DNA of 64,000 bases from Yuukianura sp. NJ FZ-2021. Its lineage: Eukaryota. This document shows, piece after piece, positions 37,189 through 49,303 of this stretch. The notes under the pieces were generated by a model, which made no database searches, was not told where the DNA came from, and saw nothing but the letters and a program-made list of their open reading frames with translations. The position numbers and the translations under genes were made by a program. The DNA lies in the NCBI GenBank assembly GCA_046563655.1, contig CM102285.1, positions 1,302,001-1,366,000 of the forward strand, in the 5' to 3' direction. The first letter of the stretch is position 1; every line of letters begins with the position of its first letter.

Positions 37189-38509
37189 TTTAACTCATCG
37201 TTTTTTCTTTTTGTGTTGAAAAGTGTTTAGGTTTTTCGAAAATTTAACTTTTTTGCACGGAAAATTTTGGTTAGGGCATTCTTTCCAGGAATGTCATTCA
37301 CTCACTAAAGTAAAATCTTGAAAAGAAGTATTTTTTTTAAGAAGAATATCGCGCTCAGTGTAACTTGAATTTTGTATTCACATTCATCAAATGCATGTGA
37401 TGGCGTGTTCTACTTCTATGCTTAAACAAATTTACACAACATAACTTTCCAGTTTCTGCAGGCGTGGGAAGATTGTACATAAGATAAATTTAAGTTTTCT
37501 GTTTAGCGTAATAATGGAAATTTTAGCATGGAAATTAGTGTGAGGTTGGGCGTTGTTTTTTATTGGTCGTTCCAACACGTTTCTAATTAAAATTCTGGAG
37601 CCAATATTTACAAGGTTCCTTGACAACGGAATTGTAGTTCTGCGGCAGGATGTCCAGTAACTCTGGATTTTCAAAAATCTCGAAAGAATAATTGTTTTTC
37701 TCCAATTTTCTTCCAATGTGTATTATATAACATGTAAATCATGACCATAGAAAATACACTGTAGCGGTAGCCTGAGATTCTTCGAGAAGAAAGGCGTTGA
37801 ACTTCTGATTTAATGTACTTTAATTAAGTAAAAACCAGTCGAAGAGTCTTCAAAAATATCAAATCAAATACATAAAATGAAATTTAACACACAACTTTCA
37901 TAGTTTTGGCAAATATTTTGCAACCAGTTTATTTCATTTCGGTTGATTTCAAAATTATACGTCTTTAAGGCTATCCCGACTACTTGGCATCTAATTTCAT
38001 ATTTTATGGAACAGGGTTTAATTTTAAATTCTAATTTCATCACTTTTACGTGGCGGTCGCTGGAATAAAACAAAAAGTAATCAAGCTCGACTTCTTAAAA
38101 AACACGCTAGCCGGAGATTACTTCAGAAGAAAGGCACTAAAGCTACTATATTTTAATTTACTTTAATTAAGTAAAAGTCAGTGGACGGGGTTCTAAATAG
38201 ATTGAACGATGAAATGAAGATTTAAGTGCATCTTTGATCGTTTTCATTGCAGTCAAATTGAAAAAAAGGCTTTTCTTCTTTACTTTAGTCATGACACCTT
38301 CCAAGTAGTGTCAGACTGCGTTAGACCGACGTTGGACACTCACCTACTCAGCACACGATTGACGAATAAGCTAACAGAGAGGTAACTTTATCATTGAGGC
38401 TGACACGGGAACAGCGTGTTTTGGTTGCTAAGACAACGCCACGATTTTGATCGTTATTTGAACAACGCAAATTTTTGTTGTGAGGGCAACGCAGCGATTT
38501 CGGCGAGCT

Positions 38510-40099
38510 ATGATTGGTAAAGCGTCGCTCAAAATAGTGATAGCTGTGCTTGAAATCAGTTCCAAGTTGTACCAAACTACTTTTACGTGGGATCCCGTTA
38601 ACTACTGTGTTGTTGCCAAGGCACCAGAATTCAAATGGAATAAATTTGTAACATTTGGAATAAAGCGGGTAGGGTTCAGAGTTGCCAGCTTGGTCACAAT
38701 CCTGTTACTTGCATTTCGAGTCGTACGGTTTTTACAGGCAATATATATCTACGAAATGCCATATCAACAAGTAATGTTTCAATGGTTAATCGTAACGATA
38801 TCTTTTTTCGGATCGACTCTTGCTGCTGTGAGTGCTCTAAGAGTTGACGATTTGGCAGCATTGTGCACTATGATCCTTCGATACGACAAAATATTAACAG
38901 GTTAATGCATTAATCTAACTAATTAACTGAAAAACTAGATATTAACTAATTAATTATTAACAACGAATTTCAATAACTTACATTTTTAGAGCAATACAAA
39001 ACAGTGTATCCAGTGACGGACAAGTCACTTCCCTTTCTCCTGTTTTATACCGCGTCTCCTGCATTTTTTATTCCTGGACTTCTACTGCTTAACATTTTGA
39101 ATCCTAGTATGCCGGTATATCCTACCTCGCTACTCTACTACATACCGCCAAATTTCAAAATTTGGCGCGTATTGGCATTTGTGTTCCTTCTTGGGGTTGA
39201 ACTTTGGCAAACGGCGGCTATATTCCTTTGCAACTGCCTCGTTTGTGCTACAATTACAGTGACGTTGCTCCATTCAGCAACATTTTGGATTACAGAAATG
39301 AGGTACATATCCAACTACCGTAATCGGAAATATTATATAAATACAATATGTAATATATATTTTATATTATTATATTATAATATAATATAAAATAAAATAT
39401 AACTCAGCACAAATAATAAGTTATAAAACGGGTAGCTATTAGGGTGAGTGATGTAATCGGAGGGCTTACGGTATCAAAGTAAGTTGCTATACGAGACGGC
39501 CTGTTGTACTTAAAAACAAATTGACGATATGTTTTTACAGCTCCGTTGCGGAAACACATGGAACTGGATACTCCGAGTTTGACTCGAACCGCCGGACTCA
39601 AAATACGCTCCGCCGACCTTGTACCATACTCAGGGTCTACAGATCCTGGCAAGTAACTCTACGGTGGTTCAGCGAAATACTGGATTTTGGCATTACTGTC
39701 CAGCACTTTATACTGGCTATTGCACTCATCATTGGAGCATACTCTACGATTGCTTTTTGGGGAGTTCATAATCTAGAGTCCATTCAAGCTTTTTTGTCCT
39801 TTGCTGTTTATCCAGGAGGATCCTGTGTTGTTTTCGTTTGGATTGTACTGGTCCAACCAAAGTGTGCAAATCTATCAATCAAATGTGAAGAATTGAAGAC
39901 AAATTGGATATGGCAGTCGCATTTGCTCATGCGCAGAGCACATGGAGTCGAGAAAGGAAAGGCTTTGAGGAAATCCATTGTGTCATGTCAAAGCCTAACT
40001 CTTCATGTACAGCCGTTTTTTCCCTACAAAGTTAGCACAATGCCGCAAGTTCTGGACGAATGTGTTGACAAAACCATCATACTTTTGCTTGGACTTTAA
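38510..40099 (+). CDS. 7TM chemosensory receptor-like family B, 420 aa; exons 38510-38900, 38990-39302, 39541-40099
   Basis: In-frame GT-AG splicing, multiple TM helices, and a C-terminal RKSIVSCQSLTLHVQPFF...STMPQVLDECVDKTIILLL motif. Confidence 0.75.
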
Positions 40100-40463
40100 A
40101 AAAAGCGTTTTTATTGCGATAACGATTAATGGTACTCCTTAGAATATAACTTCATTAACACAAAGAGTGGAAACATTTTTCTCATAGACCAGAACAAGCA
40201 ATGCAGTGCAATACCAGTTAACTAAATTATACAAGTAATAGCAACAAGTGAGCCAATTTTGGAAGGTTTGTTACAAATTGTTAAACATGGGCGAAAACGT
40301 TACTCTACGGAAAGACACACACAGATTTTTTTTAGTACTAAGTCATCACTATACGGACATAGACCACATTTCGTTAATATTCAAAGTCGGACACACAAAC
40401 AAACCAAACATTTCGTTAGTATTAAAATAGTTGAAATAATGTATATGTAATATACACCATTAA

Positions 40464-40950
40464 CCTCACCTCCCATAGTAGTAAAAACGTGTTGTGCTTG
40501 TCACTGTAGTTGCTTGATTTCGTAACTCGATCAGCAAACTAAATTTTGCGCCGAACATTTGTTCATCTAACTGTGGTATAATGAATCCAGCATCCAGTAT
40601 TTTGGTTATGTTTCTAGTTTTGCTCCGACGTTGTTCCAATCGATATTTTGTTTATTTTTTCTTAACAGGTTATACCATAACTCTTTGTTTCTTGATTTTA
40701 AATTTTTTGAACCTCACATCTTGTGCTACGCTTACGCTGCGTAGCAGCGTTGCGTTAGTAATTCGACATCAAAATTATAGATTCCTATTGCAAAAGCGTA
40801 AGGAAGAGGCAATATTTTTGGTTAGACAACAAAATTGGTCCAAAAGTTGTTTTTTTTCTTATTTTTTGTTTGAAAAATCTGAGTTATTATATAACCTAAT
40901 ACGGCATTTGTATAAATAGTCGCTCTAGAAACCTTGGTTTTGTTCCATAC
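40464..40950 (-). pseudogene. PARP exon-1 remnant
   Basis: Degenerate ILDAGFIIPQLDEQMFGAKI*FADRVTKS. It is interrupted at the HGTK codons by an insertion, and the rest is deleted. Confidence 0.7.
40625..40936. mobile_element. Degenerate P-family MITE inserted in the PARP remnant
   Basis: The right end gtcgctctagaaaccttg matches the autonomous TIR at 16/18. The subterminal aggtta..ata.ctc motif occurs near both ends. 8-bp TSD gttttgct/gttttgtt. The left terminus is diverged. Confidence 0.6.
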
Positions 40951-41294
40951 TAAAATTTTAAAACACTCATTTTTTTAACTGTATTGTGCAAACAAAGGCC
41001 CCCCAAAGCCTTAAGGAGGAACCTAAAACGGGCGAGGACTTAAGGTAAACCTATTTTTAGTTTTCTTTTTCTGAAGTTTTTTTTTTTTTTTTGAAAATTG
41101 TGAACAAATTTTTTTCTTTGTCTGATCCCTTGAAACGCTAAAGGACATAAAACTAAAAGTCTGAAGTTAGTCTCCTCATTTTTGTTTGTTCTGTCTGTTC
41201 ATTTGCTTTTTATACTTTTTTCTGCTCGAAATACTTTTTCTAAAAAAGATCATACAGTTGATAAATTCAATAAGTGTGAGAAAAAAGGGCGAAA

Positions 41295-41886
41295 ATGTGT
41301 CAGGACCAGCAGTCATCTACACAAAATGGAGAAAATGAGCAGAGTCGTCGTTATTTTACTCTTTTTGATTTGCCACAACCGGTACGATTGGTTTCTGTTT
41401 ACACAGATTTTTTTAAATTCTAGTAGGTATAACAATATAAAAAAAAGAAGTTTATTTTTCAATTTTTAGGCAATTTTTGAAATTTTGAGTTTTTTGGATA
41501 CCCCATCGCTGTTGGCTTTACGTTTGACTTCAAAAGCGGCAAAATCCTGCGTTGAATCGACTCCCGAATGCTTTCAAAATCTAAGAGTTCACGTGACAGA
41601 TGAAGACAGGCTGGAGGAAATTTTAAATCACTCGAACGTGGAGTGGATGAGCGCCAGTATTTCGCCAAGTTTGTGCAACTTGAAAGGAATTCCATTTTTG
41701 ATCAAATTCAAATCTTCCCTCCAAATCATCCGAATTGAAAGGAAGGACTCAGACTGTAGTTCATTTTCAACTGATGGACTTGTCAAGTTTCTGACCAACA
41801 CAAGCCCAAATTTAAAATCGCTGGATATCGCTGAAGACTTGGAACTTTGGTTCGTCAGCGCCATGTTCCAATTTTTACACTTTTGA
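41295..41886 (+). CDS. Short F-box protein (~167 aa) with LRR-like tail; exons 41295-41381, 41470-41886
   Basis: The spliced product reads FDLPQP|AIFEILSFLDTPSLLALRLTSKAAKSCVE (F-box pattern), followed by PNLKSLDI. It may be a truncated gene. Confidence 0.65.
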
Positions 41887-43617
41887 GATTATTGGGATAA
41901 AAATGTCATGCACAAGTTTATATTCACAACAATACAGAAACTATTTAAATATGTAAAATTTTCGAAAGTTTCGACCTTAGATTGTTGTAATTGATTTTGG
42001 AAGCATAACGAGAAAACGTTCTACGGTCTACGATAGTATGCTAGAATAGTTTCGAAATATATTGGAGAGAAATATAATTGAGACGTGGGACGAGATACTT
42101 TTGAGATACAAAGGATTCTGGCGAGATATTTTTGAGATAATGTGCTGTATAGTGGCTACATTTCTGAGATATAAGTATCGAAAGGAAAGATTTCTGAGAT
42201 GGAACTAGATATTTCCACATACGCAATTTTACAACCACAAAACTCACAACGGTTGAAAAAGAGCTCTTGGTGAAACGCCTTTCGAAATTTCAAATGATGA
42301 CGAGTTCAGAGTTTGCACGGCCGTATTTGTCACGATGTGTGTAGAACAAGTCTGTGAGTGCAGTCATGTACTTGGCATGAACTTGGTCAATATATTCCTG
42401 GCTCGGATTGGCTTGTAGCTCCACATGGATTGGTGCACCGACTGAAAAATGGAAATTTTGAATATGAGTTTCAAAATTTTGATTATATTTTTGAAAAATC
42501 TTACCAACAGTTACCACTAACTCTTACCAACTGAAGTAATTGGACATCGTCTTGGAAGAAATCCAAATGAATACTGAAAAATTCCTCTGCCTAAAACCAA
42601 AACTGGCACTCCCCCGAATAGATCTGTGCATTTATCCTGGAAATACCTAAGCCAAGATCCTTTTGGATTCTTCGGTTGAGAGTAAATATCGGTTTCACCA
42701 AAACTGTAAACCGGTACTAGTGGTGCTCTGAAATGCACAATTTTGAATTGTGAAACTGCCTGAAACATTACGAATTTTCAAATTTTAAGCTTCATACCCA
42801 TTTTGAATAGCGACCTTGATAAATCCTTTTCGGTTTTTCAAATAAACGATGTCTGTTCCGGGAGAGGAGTAAAGCACTGTAAGGTCAGGTTACCAACTTT
42901 AGTTAGTTGTTAGTCAGAAAATCAAATTTTCGAAAAACTTTTTTGAAAACTGTTTCAAAATTGGCGTTACTAACTTTCACGACCTCCCCCGGGTGTCATT
43001 ATCAAGCCGTTTCCGACGCCGCTTTTACTCAACAAAAAATTCATACCTTCTCGCGATACGGAACATCCACCTACATATGGTGAAGTTCAAAAAGTTATGA
43101 AATTTTAATCAAAATTTTGCTTTGAACTTGAAAAACAATACCACACGCTAACACGCCATCTCGAAATACTGGAATTCGAAAAAGTAAGTCAAGCGTTTGA
43201 AAGGTGATTTTGATTCCAGGGAAAACTTGACTGACGTTGGTGCCCTCGGAAGCAAAATTTCCATACAGACCTTCACGTTTAGCACAAATTTAAAGTCTCG
43301 AAAATTTTAAAATTTTCAAAACGTTTTCAAAACAAAGTTGCTCTTGCCAGAACATAAAATTCCATGAGGGTGACACACCATTAAGTAGTTCCAAGGTTTC
43401 TATAGCAACGGAATAGTTCTTGCTTCATAAGGTTAAGCAATACCTCGGTTTTTATATTTTTCCTCCCAAAATTGCAAAAATGAAAGGACATCACGGCGGC
43501 TTTCGTTTCCTTGGGAATTTTTTATCCGAATTTTTTTTATTCACTTTTTTTCCTTTTTTTTATTTTTCATTTTTTTAATTCTGAGAAATGTAGAGACAAT
43601 GTGCTGCAAACTTTTAG

Positions 43618-46600
43618 CTATGCTACTGGATCACCGCACAATGCAAATTGGTTCCCCTTTCCCAAGTTACGAATACGACCTTTCAGGAGATGAAGCTTCT
43701 GGTTCAAGTGTCTCAATCGTAGAAATGTCCTGACCCTTGCATATCGTTTCACGACACCAGCGTCGATAGTTGGAAAATCGTGAACAATCATTGACTCCAG
43801 TCGACTTATGACGCCAGGATCCTTACATACATGTCCTCCATGCACCCTGAAATATATTTATCTTTTAGAGAAAAAAATTTAATATTGGAAAACGCTGAAC
43901 GTACTTTTCGAAATACGATTCCCACAATTCCATGAGGGACATCATTCGTTCGGAAGGAACAGTGATGCCACCGCGAGAGAGCCTCTGACACCAACTTTGT
44001 GGCAATCGGTTCTCATCCAACAAGACCAAGTCAGGATTCGTGTCCTTGAAATTTCTCAAAATGTAGCCGGCGACGTACTCCAGACCAGAATTCTCACATT
44101 CATCAGATCGTGACCGTTTTCTTTTTCTGGATGTAGATGGAGGGTCAAAGTTGGCGCAATAATCAGTGTTAATCTGAGGAAACAAAAGTGTAATTTTTAA
44201 CAAAAGTGCGGAATCGAAATTTTAATTCATGTAACTCACTTTGACGGTATCATCCTCGATCAGTTCCTGCAAAACGTCGCACAATCGAGCGAGCTCTTTG
44301 TCATCCGTTTCCATTGACAAAAGCCAGATCAAAGCCAGAGTTCTCAGACGATATTTTGCGTCAACAGCCGTCATGATGACTTTGAAGCCTCCGATTCCTC
44401 TCATAATGCAAAAAGCATTTTCTGCCACATCTTGATTCAACCTATTGATGGCCATGTACCTTACTCCTTGGGATGTAACCAAATCTTGAAACAGATTTTT
44501 CACGGAAGTAATCGTCATCAGAATTCCCTTCTGGAAGGGTAGTAAGGATTTCAGTCTTGGGTGGTTAACCTTCATCTTTGAAACCATCTAAAAATTTAAC
44601 TGTTTTAAATAATGTAAGCGTTAAAAATTGAAAATTTGCTTTGTAATTTGTACCTGGTACAGCTTATCCAAGGTTTGATTCTGCGCTTCGAGGTGGACTC
44701 CGTAGCACTGCTTCGCTGGATTCTTTTCTTCTCTAATCCTGGAGTTCAAAAGGTCAAAACCATCCGAAATCAAGCGTATAAATTGACTTTGCGACTTCTT
44801 GGCGGGAAACAAGAACTCAATAGCATGGGAAACTGAATTTGACAGGGTCTGAAAAGCCATTCTGGCATTTTGTCTTTCGGAATTCTGGACTTCAAGATGG
44901 CGTCTAGTGAGCTTATGGCAAATTCGTAGCTCCGAACGATCGTGTTTAAGCAATTCCTCAAATAGATCTGCAACGTAAGAATATTTCAATTAAAATTTCA
45001 TTTAAATATAAATTCCGTTAGATGGCGCCACCGTCGACCCCTCGGGACCTCAGTAGTTCCAAGTTTGGCCGCTAGATGGCGCCACCGTCGACCCCTCGGG
45101 ACCTCAGTAGTTCCAAGTTTGGCCGCTAGATGGCGCCACCGTCGACCCCTCGGGACCTCAGTAGTTCCAAGTTTGGCCGCTAGATGGCGCCACCGTCGAC
45201 CCCTCGGGACCTCAGTAGTTCCAAGTTTGGCCGCTAGATGGCGCCACCGTCGACCCCTCGGGACCTCAGTAGTTCCAAGTTTGGCCGCTAGATGGCGCCA
45301 CCGTCGACCCCTCGGGACCTCAGTAGTTCCGACTTTGGCCGCTAGATGGCGCCACCGTCGATGTCAGAAATAACTTAAACTCACCCTTTGTTACTTGATA
45401 CCCATCAGGAAGTGTAAGTCCCCAGTCGAAGATGTTATTCCTGAGCAATTTGATAAGATGTACCGGATCAGAGATGCAATAAATACGATGTCCAGTCACG
45501 GGATGTGGGAAAGAAGTATTAGTGAAACTGACATTCAATCTTGTCCAAATCCCTCTGTTGGCCCCAGAATTATCGCACGTCATGGCGGAAGGTATCAATC
45601 CAGCGTCGTGTAACTTTGACATAATTTCTTCAATTGTATCTCGCTGAAACTTTACGTCGTACCCCATGAAGATTGGAATTTTCCAGGATGCAAAAATACC
45701 TCTGGCAAAAACTACCATAAAATTCTTGGCACCTCCAAGGACTTGATCCAAAGAAGTATCGTAGCAGTAACTGCCGTCCAAGTTCATTTCGTCAAATGTG
45801 ACACAACAATACCTAGTTGAACAATTGCAAGTGATTTAGTTATGATTTTCTGCTTACATTTTGTTACGTTCTAACCTAGACAATTGAGGGGCATCGGTGA
45901 ACTTTGATTTTATGAAAACAATCAGATCATTTAGAATTCCTGGGCGGATGCTGATATTTTGAAGCCAGTTCTGTAAAGTTCTGACGCAAGGAAGTCGGAT
46001 GTTCCAGTTATTTCTCACAAACTCATAAGCTGATTTTGATTTAACCCTTAAACGCATAGCTTTCAAAATGTCTTCTACGGGCCACCAAGTTTTTGTTTTT
46101 GACGACAGTAGCATATCCAGTTGACATGGGGTGACTATCTGAAAATATAACATATTCAACACATTGCATTAAATTACACTAAATAGTGGGACGTCTGACG
46201 TGAAACTCACTTTGTTGAGAACATCGTTTTGGGCTTCCATTTTCTGGGTCAGTTTTTTCAAACAATTTTCCAGTTCCGTAATTCTGACTGACTTAGCTTG
46301 GACCAACTTCCGGTACCCCAGAATTACTTTCTTGTGATGGTGTTGTCTGGACTTGTCTTTTTCGGAGTAAGTGAGGCGAAGGAATTTGATGTGCTTCTTA
46401 CATTTCTTCCATTTCTCTCGAAACGACAACTTTTTTTTTCCAACGTGAATCGGTTGCGTATTAACTGAAATAAATCATAATGAGTTAACAGTTGATAGGG
46501 ATATTGTGTTAGAGTGCGAATGCAATTACTTGGTTTGACTAGAGGAACTGGAACTTGGCCCTTTGGTAGCCTTTTGACATTCTCCGGTAGATTTGGGAAA

Positions 46601-46770
46601 TGATGGGAACATACTCTTGAAGAGTCGTTGAACTTGGTAGAGCAACTGGCTTCCCAACTTTTACGAATTGCTTCTGGTTTTGGCACTCGAAACAACTTAG
46701 TCTTGCATTCACCAATCTTCACTTTGTAGTCACTGTTCAGACAGTCTGGAACTGAGCAATAATGCACCAT
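43618..46770 (-). CDS. P-element transposase, ~781 aa, 8 exons (46530-46770, 46211-46464, 45876-46138, 45385-45812, 44654-44967, 44240-44587, 43905-44173, 43618-43846)
   Basis: THAP domain (CSVPDC...FRVP...W...VCSHHF...VP), FDEM, TCDN, DPVHLIKLLRN, ERQN, QDVAEN and YVAGY motifs. All seven GT-AG introns are phase-compatible, giving 2346 nt without a stop. Confidence 0.9.
45019..45361. repeat. 54-bp tandem array (6 units + partial) in transposase intron 4
   Basis: The unit tagatggcgccaccgtcgacccctcgggacctcagtagttccaagtttggccgc starts at 45019, 45073, 45127, 45181, 45235 and 45289, with a partial copy at 45343. Confidence 0.97.
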
Positions 46771-48528
46771 CTTAAACTAAATGACTTAACTTGAACTGTA
46801 AACTTAACTTTAACTGTAAACTTAACTTTAACTGTCAACTTTTAATTTGATTTGATGCTAACTTTTAATTTCTTTCATCCCCAAAAAGTGATCAACAAAC
46901 TTGGGTGAAACTTGGGTGAAAAAAAAGTTTGGAGCGAGATTTTTGGAAAACAAGACTTATTGCTTAACCTTATGAAGCAGCGGTTGCTATAGAAACCTTG
47001 AAGTAGTTCCTGGATGGATCCAGTTCCGTTGTTTTCACTAACCGAATTGGAAAATAATTGCAGTACCATTTCCACAGTATGGAGTTCCGAAGGAAATCAA
47101 ACCTTCAACAAACAATTTTTTGAATTTTTTGAAAAAAAAAAATTCAAAATTTTGAAAATGTTTTGTACCTTCGTCCCCCTGTTTTCCCAATGTTTCTATC
47201 GTAAATCATCCAAGTGATGTAGGCAAGTCCGAAATACCAGCAACTGGTGTAAAGTAGGACGTAAATGAGCAATAATGGACCAAGTACAGGAAATGACCAG
47301 AGGAACAGCCATGACAGAGCGCCAAACTGGAATTAGTTATAATAATTATTATAATAAATTTGTTTAAATTTATAGTTTTAAATTATATAAATTATTTTTT
47401 TTACAGTTTCCAAACGCCTTGACCATGGAACACAAAGCGGAGCAAATTCAATCAATCTAAAAAAACATTCTTTTTTGAAAATTAGAAATTTGTGAACACA
47501 AATTGTTGACATGAAATCTTGAAAACAAAGTTCAAAAAATTATGGTTAAAAAAATTAAAAAAATTAAAGGTTAAAAAAGTTAGACTCACCTTTTCCGCTG
47601 TACACACTCCGTAGTTTCGGTTTTACTCATCGTTTTTTTCTTTCTGTGTTGAAAAGTGTTTAAGTTTTTCAAAAATTTGACCTTTTCGCACGTTAGTTTT
47701 TGGTCTGCTATCGAGGTTATGGCAGTCCTTTCCAGGAATGTCATTTGCGCACTGTTAAATCTTGAAGAATATCGTGCTCAATGTAGCTTGAATTTTGTAT
47801 TCACATTCATCACATGCATGCGATGCTTTGCTTTTAAGCTGATGGTGTGTTCTACTTCTATGCTTAAACAAATTTAAACAACACAACTTTCCAGTTTCTA
47901 CAGGCGTGAGAAGATTATACATCAGATAAATTTAAAATTTATGTTTAACGTAATAAAGGATTTTTTTAGCATGGAAATTACTGTGAGTTTGGGTGTTCTT
48001 TTCTGGATTTTTCTGGATTTCTGGACTTTTCTGGATTCCTTGAACCTTGAACATTTATGCAACGCGTGAAGGAATTACAATTTTTTAAACCTAAAAATAC
48101 TTTTATTCGACGCCTAAAAATTTGGAACACCACATTCTCCGTTACTCTGAGGTTGTTCAGTTTGAACTAACTTGTTTATTAGTCCCGGGGAGTTGTTCAT
48201 TCCGTTAACTTAAAAAACCGCGCTATCGCTTGAGCTACTTTTTTTATGTGCGATTTACATCCGGTTTATTTAATTATAACCTCAAAAACAAACGTCCTTA
48301 AGGCTATCCCTAAAGCACTTCAACAGTAAATAACTTGCGCGCCATTTACGACGTGTTATGTTAACTCTACTTTCCCTTCCCCTCTAAAAAGCATAAGTAA
48401 GTTGAAGAATATTTAAATTTCTATGATGAAAGACTTTAACTTCATATTTTATGAAATAGCATGGAATTTTTAATTCTAATTCTATTAATTTTATCTAGCT
48501 CCCGCTCGAAGAAATAAGCTGTAAACAA

Positions 48529-48888
48529 CACTGTTCCTGGATACCCACTTTTTCGACATTTCATCCACGGCTGTATATCCAGTGGAAGAAATGGACGAAA
48601 CGGATGAAATCCAAAAGAGCGGAGCTTTGCCAGCTGTGTTTGAAATAATTAAATACAAAAAGCTTAAACAATTCAAAATACTATACAAAGACGAAGGAAA
48701 ACCCGTTTTTGAATAAGTTTTAAGTAAATAATTAATTTTGACAATAAAGAAACTCTTTAGAATAATTTTTTTGAATTTCGAGCTAAATTCCTAATTTCCC
48801 TTCTATTAAGTTTCATTCATTTCACGGGTATTTCTTCCAGTGGAAGTGGCAATTAAGTCACTGGACGTTTAAGCGTCCAGCAACACTG
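48529..48888. mobile_element. hAT-like MITE (same family as 27030-27427)
   Basis: Imperfect TIR cactgttcctgga/tccagcaacactg and perfect 8-bp TSD gtaaacaa. Confidence 0.8.
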
Positions 48889-49303
48889 GTAAACAAGTAA
48901 TCAAGCTCGAATTCTAAAAATAGACTTTAGCCGGAAATTCTTCGAGAAGAAAGGTGATGAACATATGATTTGATGTCCTTTAATTAAGTAAAAACCAGTC
49001 GAAGCGTCTTCAAAAAGATCAAATCAAATAGATGAAATGAAATTTAACACAAAATTTTCATAGTTTTCGCACAATTTTTCCTTCATTACGGTAGTGTTGA
49101 CACCTTCCAAATGTCAGACAGCGTTAGACCGACGTTGAACACAGACCTAATCTGCACGGTTGACGAATAAGCTAGCGGAGATAACTTTATCATTGAAATT
49201 AAAACCAGGACAGTTTTGGTTGCGACGACAACGCCGCGCATTTTATCGTTATTTGAACGACCCAAATTTTCGTTGTCAGGGCAACTAGCGATTTCGGTGA
49301 GCT

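Larger units (their letters stand above)
43392..47000 (-). mobile_element. Full-length P-superfamily (THAP9-like) DNA transposon, 3609 bp
   Basis: Perfect 18-bp TIR caaggtttctatagcaac, perfect 22-bp subterminal IR (43421-43442 / 46958-46979), target duplication aagtagttc, and an internal transposase gene. Confidence 0.95.
42290..47630 (-). pseudogene. DGAT2/MOGAT copy B, disrupted by a P-element insertion in the exon preceding HPHG
   Basis: DGAT2 exons at 42290-43391 and 47001-47630 flank the transposon. The empty-site sequence is visible in the paralogs (36581-36605, 56061-56090). Confidence 0.85.

Noticed and set aside
42060-42230. Degenerate gagata-rich repeats downstream of DGAT2 copies (also ~54810, ~60640, ~63190)
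   Set aside because: Explained by segmental duplication of a low-complexity or TE remnant, with no evidence of function.
45019-45361. CRISPR array
   Set aside because: The units are identical head-to-tail with no unique spacers, there are no cas genes, and the array sits in a spliceosomal intron.
45065-45373. 102-aa repetitive ORF (AARWRHRRPLGTSVVPSL)n
   Set aside because: It is a by-product of a 54-bp stop-free repeat on the antisense strand of a transposase intron, and it has a TTG start.
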